Positions 46,523 through 55,300 of a stretch of DNA of 64,000 nucleotides are shown here, piece after piece. The translations under genes were made by a program, and so were the position numbers. The DNA comes from an uncultured Rhodospirillaceae bacterium (GTDB lineage Bacteria > Pseudomonadota > Alphaproteobacteria > MPNO01 > UBA830): the NCBI GenBank assembly GCA_963977005.1, contig CAXBMQ010000004.1, positions 32,034 to 96,033 on the forward strand. The letters are read 5' to 3'. Position 1 is the first letter of the stretch, and every line of letters begins with the position of its first letter. Under the pieces are notes generated by a model. That model had not been told where the DNA came from. It worked only from the letters and a program-made list of their open reading frames with translations, and did not search any database.

Positions 46523-49432
46523 TCAGGGCCGTCTGAACGCTTCGTCATCGACGGCATCGGGGCGGGGTTTCCAGTCCAGCGTGTAATACGTTCCGCGGTC
46601 ACGGGCCCACGGGTCGAACGTATTCACGACCTTGTCGAGCTCGGGCGCCAGTTCGGGCACGGCTCGGAGCAGGACACGCTTCAGCGGCATGATTTCGCGC
46701 CGTTGGCCGTTCGGTTCGCCCTTTTCCCACTGCTTGCCCGTCGGGCCGTTATCGGTCACCCATGCAATGCCCAGATGGGTATAAAATTCGGGGCGGAAGC
46801 TGGATGTAAAGAAGCGGTCGCTATACAGGCGCCGCGAGGCGTTCAGGATAAAGATGTGGAACATCGTTTCCGAGATGGCGAAACCGTGCGGGCGGGTGGT
46901 TTCCGCCAGATAACCCACCACAAGGTCGACATCTTCGATATTGTCGACCAGCGTACCGTCCGCATGGCCGAGACAGTCGTTGATGAACGCGCCATCCGCA
47001 CCGCGCTGCGCGGTGGAAATAACTTTCGATGCATCGCATTTATGCTGTCCGTAGACCTCGCGCATCGTATTTACGATTTCCTGCTGGTGGGCGCGTTCGG
47101 CATCCGGAACGCCCGGCCGTCGGTCGATGAAGTCGTCAAAGCCGGTCAGTTGGCGGAGCCCGATCTGGCGGCGCAATTCGTTGAACCGGGGCAGGCCATG
47201 TTCGCGGTCACGAATGATATCCAGCGCCGCGACATCGATCTTCGAGTCCATCCGGGGGCGCAGATCAAGGTTCTGCAGGAACCGCGGATGGTTCCGGAGT
47301 TCCAGCAGGCCAAGACGCTGGCGCCCCATCGACAGCCCCCAGTTCACCATGCCGTGGCTGCGCATCGCGGCGGTGGCACCGGCGCGAAAGGTTTTCACCG
47401 TCGCGATTTTCTGACGGATCATGTTGGGATCGTTTCGCCAGTCGCGCAGTTCCAGAAGATCCGGAATAAGCGGATGCAGGCGGTAGACAGTGGCGAATTC
47501 TTCCGGGAAATTGAACGGGGAGCCGAAATGATTGGTGCCGCCATTCACGTGCGCCGGGTTGGTCAGGTCCCACTGATCCATGCCCAGCAGGCGGTGCAGT
47601 CCGGTTGGAAACAGCGCATTCCCGCGGCCGACGATGCCCGGTCCCGCGGCGAGGGCGGAAAAAATCTGGTTCGCCTTCTTGGGATCCTTTGACCTGGCGA
47701 ACCGGTCGACGATACGGGCGGTTACCCGCGACAGGATGCCGTCCTTTCTGAACAGCCCGCTCCAGTTCGAGTTCATGCCGATATCCAGCGGCCTGCCGTA
47801 GAGCAATTGCGCCGTCCATTCGATCGTATGAATCTTGGCGATTTCGGCCGACACGATCAGGCGCGCGACCTGATACAACTCCTCGTCCGAGATTTTTGCA
47901 TAACTGATCGACGTATCCGGGCGTGCCGGATTGCGTAGCCCTGTGTCGGCATCCGGCGTTACCCGCGCCCGTTTTCGGAATTCATCAATAATCAGGTTGT
48001 GTTCGCGTACGAACAGGTTGTGCAGAAAACTGGTGCCAATGGTCCAGTTGTCAGGAAAAGCGGTGGCTTCCTGTCCGGCCCATTCCCGCTGGATCGGATC
48101 GCAGGCGCTGTCGCCCGCGGTCGCGCAGGGAGGGCGGAACAGCGGCAGATATCCCAGGCGTTCGCCGGCGCCGGGCCGGGCGCTTATGCGTTCCATCAGC
48201 AGTTTTGCCGGGTCGGCCGGGTCGCGCCGGACGCGTTTGCCGGATCGTTTGCTATAGCCGTATATCGGGGACGCGTCCCACCACGCGGTCATGTGGTTGC
48301 GCGAAGTCCGGTAGGCGCGGGTGAGATGGGTTTTTCCGTGTAAGCTGAACGTTTCGGGGTCTGAATTGTCGGCAATCAACGCCGCATCCAGCTTGTCGTC
48401 CGGCCGGCAACCGATGCGCTCGACCTCTTCCGGGCGCAGGCCGGCGCACCCTGTCGCCGGAAGCATTCTTGCCGCGTCGTTCCGGCCTTCGAGTGTGTGT
48501 GAGAACCAGTCATGGGTCATGAACTGGATCCAGAACGCCGCCAGCACGTTGAAAAACGGTGCTTTGCGATAGGGGCATCGCGCCGATTTATCGCCATCGC
48601 CGCCGCTGCTCCCGGCACCGTCATTGCAGTCGACGGCGTCCGTGTCATCGCGGCTGAATAGTTTCCGGCTGATAACCTGCGGATCCGGTTTCATCATGCC
48701 GATGCGGTCGCCATGACGATTGCGGGCGAGCCGGTTCTTGCCGAGTTCCGGAAAAGTCGCTTCGAATTCGACGTTGCGGGCGAATTTCTGACCGGCGGAT
48801 CCCATTGCCGGGTTCAGAATATCGTTGCAGATGCCGGTCAGCGTGCGGTGGCGGATCAGTGCGCCGGTGCAGATCTGCGATCCGTCCGATGCCACCTTAA
48901 TGTTCTTGGTTTCCGGGTGATCTGCGGGAAGGCGCATTTCGGGCCATTGTTTAACTACCGCACCGTCGATGACCCGTTCGCCAGCGCGTTTGCCGGACAC
49001 ATAGGTCCTATAGGTGCCGTTATTGTCAAACAGGTTGAACCGGATCAGCTCCATCCGCTGGTATTCGAGGTCGATCAGCGCGCCGTCGATCCCGCGCTGG
49101 TTTCTGTCGGTGAACCGGCCGCCGCTGTTGCGACGCGTCGCCATGGACGATGCATCGCCCGTTGCCCAGTAATTCGCCCAGTCGACCCAGGGCGTATCCA
49201 TCTGGGCCACGGCCTTTTCGCCGCCGCGGCATCGTGCGCGGTATTCCTCGACCTTCCCCAGAAAACGCCGGGACCGGTCATCCGCGATATCGCGCAGACC
49301 GTTCTTCGCAAGATTGTCGGCAACCTGCAGACAGGCGCGTACAACCGCACTGTCTTCCGGAGTCTTGTCGCACGCCGCGACCACCGACAGCGCGGCAACG
49401 GCTGTTGCGGCGGCACTAAAAAACCGTTTCAT
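46523..49432 (-). CDS. Lipoprotein haem dioxygenase/peroxidase of the cyclooxygenase / alpha-dioxygenase type
   Basis: ORF 46523..49531; ATG at 49432 gives MKRFFSAAATAVAALSVVAAC (lipobox). Peroxidase-domain start RHRTLTGICNDILNPAMGSAGQKFAR. Distal-His motif AAFWIQFMTHDWFSH (His codon 48512..48514). VYRLHPLIPD has the Tyr/His spacing seen in COX and alpha-DOX (47474..47485). Also KIHTIEWT and HGLPRFNELRR. Confidence 0.8.
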   Translation of the reverse strand: MKRFFSAAATAVAALSVVAACDKTPEDSAVVRACLQVADNLAKNGLRDIADDRSRRFLGKVEEYRARCRGGEKAVAQMDTPWVDWANYWATGDASSMATRRNSGGRFTDRNQRGIDGALIDLEYQRMELIRFNLFDNNGTYRTYVSGKRAGERVIDGAVVKQWPEMRLPADHPETKNIKVASDGSQICTGALIRHRTLTGICNDILNPAMGSAGQKFARNVEFEATFPELGKNRLARNRHGDRIGMMKPDPQVISRKLFSRDDTDAVDCNDGAGSSGGDGDKSARCPYRKAPFFNVLAAFWIQFMTHDWFSHTLEGRNDAARMLPATGCAGLRPEEVERIGCRPDDKLDAALIADNSDPETFSLHGKTHLTRAYRTSRNHMTAWWDASPIYGYSKRSGKRVRRDPADPAKLLMERISARPGAGERLGYLPLFRPPCATAGDSACDPIQREWAGQEATAFPDNWTIGTSFLHNLFVREHNLIIDEFRKRARVTPDADTGLRNPARPDTSISYAKISDEELYQVARLIVSAEIAKIHTIEWTAQLLYGRPLDIGMNSNWSGLFRKDGILSRVTARIVDRFARSKDPKKANQIFSALAAGPGIVGRGNALFPTGLHRLLGMDQWDLTNPAHVNGGTNHFGSPFNFPEEFATVYRLHPLIPDLLELRDWRNDPNMIRQKIATVKTFRAGATAAMRSHGMVNWGLSMGRQRLGLLELRNHPRFLQNLDLRPRMDSKIDVAALDIIRDREHGLPRFNELRRQIGLRQLTGFDDFIDRRPGVPDAERAHQQEIVNTMREVYGQHKCDASKVISTAQRGADGAFINDCLGHADGTLVDNIEDVDLVVGYLAETTRPHGFAISETMFHIFILNASRRLYSDRFFTSSFRPEFYTHLGIAWVTDNGPTGKQWEKGEPNGQRREIMPLKRVLLRAVPELAPELDKVVNTFDPWARDRGTYYTLDWKPRPDAVDDEAFRRP

Positions 49433-49850
49433 GGGCCTACCCCCTGCTTTTTCCGACAGTCTTTTGTCCAGGTGCCTACCCGACAATCGAATGCCATCAA
49501 TAATCGTAATTGGCGGAGCGCGGGATTCCAACTATCCGCTTAAAAATTTCTGCTGGCGGTGTTTCTTCGCTTGCAGCGATTCATCCGGCGACTCATACTC
49601 ACCTCCTGTGTTCAACAATCGAAAGGAGGTGATCGAGTGTCTCATTGTCTAAAGGTGCGGCCTTCGGCTGCCAGGATCTGGATCGTCACCTCTATAGAGG
49701 CTCGCTTCGACTGAGTTGATGTATTCATGGTCCGCGCCAGGGACCGTGTCTGACAATGGAAGGGTCGCCCCATCGGGCGGCCCTTCGTCCGTTTGCAGCG
49801 GGGGTTTCGACGCCGCATACTGTAACGACTGAACATCGAGGAGAAGTGCC

Positions 49851-50696
49851 ATGCCGATGGCAAGCGTGCGCGGACTGAATATCAATTATGAAATTGTCGG
49901 CGATGCCCGGGACGATAGCCATCCCTGGGTGGCCCTGATTACCGGCGGCCGACGTGGCTATCAGGAATTTCTGCCGCTTGCCGGAAAGATTGCCGCCAGA
50001 GGATACCGTGTGCTGCTGCACGATCGGCGAAATACCGGCGCATCGGATATCGAACTTGAAGCGCACGAGGTCGAGGAAGCGACCTGGGCCGACGATCTTC
50101 GCGATCTGCTCGATCAACTGGGCGCCGCCCCCGCCTTTATCGGCGGTTCGTCGTCCGGTGCACGAACCGCGATCATGTTCGGTCTGCGTCACCCGGATGC
50201 GACCCGCGCGCTGATGCTGTTGCGGGTCACCGGCGGCGCGTTTCCGGCAAAGCGCCTGCCCGAAATGTATTACGGCCAGTTCATCGATATCGCGAAGCAG
50301 GGCGGTATGGAAGCGATCTGCGAAACCGATACCTGGCGTGAGCGGATCGAGAGCAATGCGGCCAACCGCGAAAAGCTGATGGCGATGGACGCCGAAGAAT
50401 TCATCGCGACGCTGAGCAAATGGAAAGAACTCTTCGAAGCAGGCGCGAACCTGCCGGTCATGGGCGTGACGGAGGAACAGCTCGGGAGCCTGAAAATGCC
50501 GACGATCGTCATTCCCGGGAACGACAATACCCATTCATCTGAAAGCGGGCGGACCGCCCACCGGATGATCCCCGGCGCCGAAATCCACGATCTCGGGCTG
50601 GACGACGTCGATATCGCGCTGATTCCGTACCCCGACTGGGCCCCGTACGAGCCCGAAATCGTCGATGTCCTGACCGGGTTTATGGAGCGGAACTAA
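49851..50696 (+). CDS. Alpha/beta-fold hydrolase
   Basis: GAGGAGAA RBS. HDRRNTGAS oxyanion region and nucleophile elbow GGSSSGA. Confidence 0.75.
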   Translation: MPMASVRGLNINYEIVGDARDDSHPWVALITGGRRGYQEFLPLAGKIAARGYRVLLHDRRNTGASDIELEAHEVEEATWADDLRDLLDQLGAAPAFIGGSSSGARTAIMFGLRHPDATRALMLLRVTGGAFPAKRLPEMYYGQFIDIAKQGGMEAICETDTWRERIESNAANREKLMAMDAEEFIATLSKWKELFEAGANLPVMGVTEEQLGSLKMPTIVIPGNDNTHSSESGRTAHRMIPGAEIHDLGLDDVDIALIPYPDWAPYEPEIVDVLTGFMERN

Positions 50697-51763
50697 AGGC
50701 TCTGTATCAGGCTTTTCCCGCCGAAGCGTTCGAGAAACTTCGGTATCGCGGCCTCGTTCACCACGTGTCGCGGTACCTCGCCCCGCATCGCCGTCAGCGC
50801 CGCGTTGATGGCCCAGGGCACGGCGGGTTCGAGGCTGGCGCCTTTATTCGCGCTGACCATGTGCGGTGATACAAGAACCTTGTCGCCCAGCCCGCGCAGC
50901 GGCGATTGCAGATCGAGCGGCTCGTTCTCGAAAACATCGAGGGCGGCGCCGGCGATTTTGTTGCGGTCGAGAGCAAAGAACAGTGCATCCTCGTCGACGA
51001 TGGGACCGCGGGCGGCATTCAACAGGATCGCCGTCGGCTTCATCATCCCGAACTGAGCTTCGGAAATCAGGTGTTGCGTCTCCGCCGTCAGGTTCGAATG
51101 GATGGTGATGACGTCGGATGTCCGCAATAACGTTTCCATGTCCACCGGGCGCGCATTGTGATGGGCGAATTTTGACTCATCTACATACGGATCGTGGGCG
51201 ATCAGGTTTACTCGCCAGGGTGCCAGCAGGTCGCACAGACGCGAGCCGATCCGGCCGAGGCCGATAATGCCGACAGTGATGCCTTCGTAGCCGTCCTGCC
51301 GCGCGCCGAGATACGTTCCCGCCAGCGAATCGTCGCGCCAGCCGCCCTCGCGGACATGACGGTCTTTCTCGCGAATGCGTTTCAGCATGGTCAGCATCAT
51401 GGTCATGGTGCCTTCCGCGACACCGCCCCAGTTCGCCTCCGTCGGCGAATGGGTGACGAGGATTCCGAGGTCGGCCGCGGCCTCGATATCAACGTCGTCA
51501 TAGCCGATGGTCAGTTTGGCGATAATTCGCGTGGCTGGCAGACGTGCCATGAAATCATGGGAGAAGGTGAACCCGCGCATCACGGCTCCGATAATCGCAT
51601 CGCGCCCGTCGGCAAGCGGAAACACGTTGCTTTCTTCCGCCCCGAAGGCCCGGCGCCAGTCCGCATTGCCGAAGGTCACCTCGCAGCCGGCTTCTTCAAG
51701 CTCCCTGTATTTCGCGTCGACATCGCCCATGGGCGTGTAGACAAGTACCTTTGCGTCCGGCAT
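50693..51763 (-). CDS. D-isomer-specific 2-hydroxyacid dehydrogenase family, NAD(P)-binding
   Basis: GIIGLGRIGSRL Rossmann motif and NAARGPIVDEDAL...DVFENEP catalytic region. Confidence 0.85.
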   Translation of the reverse strand: MPDAKVLVYTPMGDVDAKYRELEEAGCEVTFGNADWRRAFGAEESNVFPLADGRDAIIGAVMRGFTFSHDFMARLPATRIIAKLTIGYDDVDIEAAADLGILVTHSPTEANWGGVAEGTMTMMLTMLKRIREKDRHVREGGWRDDSLAGTYLGARQDGYEGITVGIIGLGRIGSRLCDLLAPWRVNLIAHDPYVDESKFAHHNARPVDMETLLRTSDVITIHSNLTAETQHLISEAQFGMMKPTAILLNAARGPIVDEDALFFALDRNKIAGAALDVFENEPLDLQSPLRGLGDKVLVSPHMVSANKGASLEPAVPWAINAALTAMRGEVPRHVVNEAAIPKFLERFGGKSLIQSL

Positions 51764-51794
51764 CGGCGGGGTCTCCCGTAATCCGTTTAGACAT

Positions 51795-51826
51795 AAAAAA
51801 ACCCCGGCCGGGCAGCCCGGCCGGGG
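51795..51826 (-). terminator. Rho-independent terminator after the tctC-like gene
   Basis: Perfect 11-bp GC stem CCCCGGCCGGG/CCCGGCCGGGG with a 3-nt loop. On the minus strand it is followed by T7, and it starts 19 bp after the stop at 51845. Confidence 0.85.
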
Positions 51827-51844
51827 GTGTCGGGGTGTCGCAGC

Positions 51845-52873
51845 TTATTTCTTCAGGCCGAGGGCCGTCTGCATGCGCGCGATGATCGCCGCATCGACGT
51901 TGGAAATGCGCTCCGCCGCCGCCTGCATATCCTGCCAGCTGGCGGATTCCCAGGTCATCTTGCGTTCTGCCGCACCCGCCTTGGCTTCCGGATCGTCAAA
52001 TGCCTTCTTGAAGGCCGCACGCAATGCCGCGACGCGGTCCGCCGGTACGCCGGGAGGGGCAAGCCAGCCGCGGCCCAGGATCATGTTCCCGCCCAGAAGT
52101 TCGGCGATCTGCTTGTCCACCGGGTCGGTCACGATATCCTTCAGCAGCGGTACGTTGGGATAGTCTTTCAGCGGGGTCAGGGCATTGACCGCGAGGAGGT
52201 TGACCTGTTCGACCCAGTGCGGACGGGCAATTTTCAGTCCGGACCAGGACGACTGGAAACCTTTCACTTCGCCCTTGTCCATGGCGATATAAATGCCGCC
52301 CATGCCGCGATACCCGGTGATGACCTTGAACTTGGTGCCGAGCATGTTGTTGACCAGGGTCGGCACGACATAAGTCTGAGAGCCCTTGCCGGTCGATCCC
52401 ATGACAACCTGGGTTTTCTTGGCGTCATCGAGCGATTTTACGCCGGTCGACTTATAGACCACGAAGGCGCTGCGCGGCTGGTCGGCCCCGCCGAGGAACT
52501 GGAAGTCCTTGGCGACGTATTTGACGCCGGTGGTCCGGAGACGCGATGCAAGCGGCGTATCGGACAGCAGGATACCGATCATCGTGCCGTCCTTGCGGCC
52601 CCTTGAATACAGGAAATTCGCGGCCTTGGTGCCGCCGGCGCCGCCCATGTTCTGAACGATCACGTTGGGACCGCCGGGAATGTATTTTTCAAGAAACGGC
52701 GCCAGGTACTGCGTGTACTGCGTATGGCCGCCACCGGGACCCGCCGCTACGACGACCGTGATGGTCTTTCCCTTGTAGAAATCAGCGACGGCGTCGGCAG
52801 CGGCAGGGGCTGCGAAGCCGGCAATAGCAAGTGCCGCTACGGCGAGGCCGGGTAGTGAGTATCTCATTTTCAT
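51845..52873 (-). CDS. Tripartite tricarboxylate transporter substrate-binding protein (Bug/TctC family)
   Basis: Signal peptide. Size and strings (VVAAGPGGGHTQY, VQNMGGAGGTKAANFLY) are typical of Bug-family receptors. No tctA/tctB lies adjacent. Confidence 0.8.
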   Translation of the reverse strand: MKMRYSLPGLAVAALAIAGFAAPAAADAVADFYKGKTITVVVAAGPGGGHTQYTQYLAPFLEKYIPGGPNVIVQNMGGAGGTKAANFLYSRGRKDGTMIGILLSDTPLASRLRTTGVKYVAKDFQFLGGADQPRSAFVVYKSTGVKSLDDAKKTQVVMGSTGKGSQTYVVPTLVNNMLGTKFKVITGYRGMGGIYIAMDKGEVKGFQSSWSGLKIARPHWVEQVNLLAVNALTPLKDYPNVPLLKDIVTDPVDKQIAELLGGNMILGRGWLAPPGVPADRVAALRAAFKKAFDDPEAKAGAAERKMTWESASWQDMQAAAERISNVDAAIIARMQTALGLKK

Positions 52874-52949
52874 CGAAAAGTTCCTCCCTGTGAAAGTATG
52901 GTGTCCAAGTATGCCATATTGTTTCGATCTATGGCGAACGGCGAGTTTT

Positions 52950-53873
52950 TTAACGAATTTTGAGGATCAGTTTTCCGCGCAGATGCCGGGTTTCGCTTAT
53001 TTCCTGTGCTTTTGCGGCATCTTTAAGGTCGAACAGCGTGAGTTCGGGTACCGTCACGACACCGGCATTGTAGAGTTCGACAATCCGCTCCATGTAGTGA
53101 CGCGCCCGTCCGACGTTGGGGCGCAGGGACTGTACGTCATCGCGCGTCGGTTCGGGTGCCTTGGCGCCGGATGCGATAAATGCGGCGCGCCCGCCGGATT
53201 TGAGCACGTCGAACGCCTTCAGGCCGACATCGCCGCCGACGGTGTCGAAAACAGCATCGCAATCGGAGACGGCCTCGGTGAAGTCGACCGCGTTATAATC
53301 GATGATCTCGTCTGCACCGAGACTGCGGACATAATCGTGATTGCCCGCGCTGGCCGTCGTGATGACATGTGCGCCGATATGTTTTGCAAGCTGGATCGCA
53401 AACCCGGCGACACCGCCGGCTCCGCCCTGGATCAGGATTTTCTCGCCGACCTTGAGCTGCAGCGTGTCCTCTATGGAAATAACGGCAGTGAGTCCGATCA
53501 GCGAAAGCGCGTCGATATCGACATGGGAAATCCCGTCCGGTTTCTTGGCAAGGACGGCCGCTTTGGTCGCGACCTTTTCGCAATAGGTGCCTTCCTGTCC
53601 GACGGGAAGTACGCCGAAGACGGCATCGCCGACCGCCAGATCGGTGACATCGCTGCCAACTTCGCTGACCACGCCTGAAAAATCCCGGCCGCAGACATAG
53701 GGAAAAAAGGCTGTGGGCGCATAGGAGCCCTGACGTACTTTCCAGTCCGCGCCGTTGACGCTGGCGGCATGAATGTCGGCAACGACTTCGTCGGCTGCGG
53801 CGACGGGATCGGGCAAATCACCGTACTGGAGAACGTCCACTGCGCCGTTTTCATTGAAATAGACCGCTTTCAT
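52950..53873 (-). CDS. NADPH:quinone oxidoreductase / MDR-family zinc-type dehydrogenase
   Basis: ORF 52950..53945; ATG at 53873 (MKAVYFNENGAVDVLQY). Cofactor motif ILIQGGAGGVAGFAIQLAK. Confidence 0.8.
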   Translation of the reverse strand: MKAVYFNENGAVDVLQYGDLPDPVAAADEVVADIHAASVNGADWKVRQGSYAPTAFFPYVCGRDFSGVVSEVGSDVTDLAVGDAVFGVLPVGQEGTYCEKVATKAAVLAKKPDGISHVDIDALSLIGLTAVISIEDTLQLKVGEKILIQGGAGGVAGFAIQLAKHIGAHVITTASAGNHDYVRSLGADEIIDYNAVDFTEAVSDCDAVFDTVGGDVGLKAFDVLKSGGRAAFIASGAKAPEPTRDDVQSLRPNVGRARHYMERIVELYNAGVVTVPELTLFDLKDAAKAQEISETRHLRGKLILKIR

Positions 53874-53958
53874 CTTCTTGTCGCCTTTATGTCTGGAAGG
53901 TTGAAGGCATAGTGTAGCGCCGAATTCGTCGTTACGAAATCCCACCCGCCGTTACAGC

Positions 53959-53990
53959 AATGGATTGAATCCGGAATGGATTGAGTCTGG
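53959..53990. promoter_or_regulatory. Tandem 16-bp direct repeat AATGGATTGAATCCGG / AATGGATTGAGTCTGG
   Basis: Two adjacent copies, 14 of 16 identical, in the divergent promoter region between the quinone reductase and amidohydrolase genes. Confidence 0.4.
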
Positions 53991-54041
53991 GCAGGGTTTG
54001 GCTCAAGATTGGCGCAATCAACAATTGCCGGAGACCGGAAC

Positions 54042-55070
54042 ATGACCGTCGATATGCATGCTCACTGGAGTCCGCCCGAATTGATCGATGTCTATCGGGC
54101 GCGGACCGAGCCGCCGATGATTTATCGGAACGACGATGGGGTGGAAGTCATCCGCACCCGGCGGGGCGAGCAGGCCTTTGAAGGCATGTTCGACGATCTT
54201 GGTATCCGCCTCGCCGAAATGGAGGCGCACGGCATAACAACCGGCGTCCTTTCGCTCTGGGGGCCACATCAGTGGATCGAACGTCTGCCGGTGGCGGAAT
54301 CCGTGCCGGCGGTGCAGGTCTTTAACGACGCAACATCCGCAGTGTGTGCCGAAAACCCCGGGCGCTTTATCGCCTATGGCTCGCTGCCGATGGCCGATAT
54401 GGAGGCCGCCGTCGCCGAACTGGACCGGATTATGGCCCTGCCCGGTATGATTGGCGCCATCGTGCCCGGCAATGCGTTCATGACCTATGCGGACGCGGAA
54501 AACATGCGACCGCTGCTGGCGGCGGCCAACAGGCACAAGGCGGCACTTTTTATCCACTGGGGGCCGCGGCCGGGGGATGCCTGGCCGCGAACGTCTTCCG
54601 AGAGTGACAATTTTATCCGTCGTATGGGGACGCTCGACATGCAGGCCAGCCTGTCTGCCTGCACGGTGACGCTCACGATGACGGACCTGCTGGACGATTA
54701 TCCGGATGCCCGGTTTCATATTCACAATCTCGGCGGCAATATCGCGTTTGAGGTCGAACGTCTCGATCATCGCAGCATGCTTGATTCGCCGGACGAGCCG
54801 TTGCCATCGACACGGCTGACCAAACCCAACCTCTGGTACGACTGTAATTCCTTTGGCGCGAAGTCGATTGACCTTGCGATCTCGCTTTATGGCGTAGACC
54901 GTATTGTTTACGCGACCGACGGGACGGCTTTTGGCTGCGACTGGACCAATAAGGCGATTGCCGAAACGAACCTGACCGAAGCCGAGCGCGACATGATCCG
55001 CACCGGTAATGCGATGGACATGCTCGGTCACCTCGCGCCGCTGCGGGGGCTGGCCCAGGCCGCCGAGTAA
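54042..55070 (+). CDS. Amidohydrolase-2 (ACMSD/LigW-type) family protein, possible non-oxidative decarboxylase
   Basis: ORF 54009..55070; ATG at 54042 after GGAGA. DMHAHW metal motif at the N-terminus, HIHNLGG, and YATDG near the C-terminus. Confidence 0.75.
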   Translation: MTVDMHAHWSPPELIDVYRARTEPPMIYRNDDGVEVIRTRRGEQAFEGMFDDLGIRLAEMEAHGITTGVLSLWGPHQWIERLPVAESVPAVQVFNDATSAVCAENPGRFIAYGSLPMADMEAAVAELDRIMALPGMIGAIVPGNAFMTYADAENMRPLLAAANRHKAALFIHWGPRPGDAWPRTSSESDNFIRRMGTLDMQASLSACTVTLTMTDLLDDYPDARFHIHNLGGNIAFEVERLDHRSMLDSPDEPLPSTRLTKPNLWYDCNSFGAKSIDLAISLYGVDRIVYATDGTAFGCDWTNKAIAETNLTEAERDMIRTGNAMDMLGHLAPLRGLAQAAE

Positions 55071-55082
55071 CGGGGATAATCC

Positions 55083-55280
55083 ATGTCCTCTGAGACCGGC
55101 CTCGTCACCGACATGACGCTGCACCAGGCAATGCGTGCCCAGGTGCTGGACGTGCTGGAAAAATCGGATATGACCGAGGAACAGAAACAGCAGATTCTCG
55201 TCTCGCTCAGCTGTCCCTGCTGCGGGGGCAGCGGAATGTCGCTGACCATCCCGCTCGACAACTCGAAGCCCGTATTTTAA
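55083..55280 (+). CDS. Small 65-aa protein with C-terminal CPCCGGSG motif
   Basis: Starts 12 nt after the amidohydrolase stop. GC3-rich codons. No family recognised. Confidence 0.45.
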   Translation: MSSETGLVTDMTLHQAMRAQVLDVLEKSDMTEEQKQQILVSLSCPCCGGSGMSLTIPLDNSKPVF

Positions 55281-55300
55281 GTCGCCGCCCGCGTCGCCGT

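Noticed and set aside
23691-49531. Longest-ORF starts for several genes (23691, 27010, 30535, 36666, 36767, 40438, 40876, 41567, 43906, 46441, 49531; likewise 1242, 3572, 7012, 53945, 54009, 57550, 60933 outside this span)
   Set aside because: In each case an internal start is better supported. The supporting evidence is a purine-rich RBS, an immediately following signal peptide or conserved N-terminus, or the avoidance of overlap with the neighbouring gene. The upstream extensions are Arg/Pro-rich or overlap other features.
49714-49728. TTGATGTATTCATGG half-site upstream of the alpha/beta hydrolase gene
   Set aside because: Only the left half-site matches the FNR/FixK consensus. The right half (TTCAT) does not.
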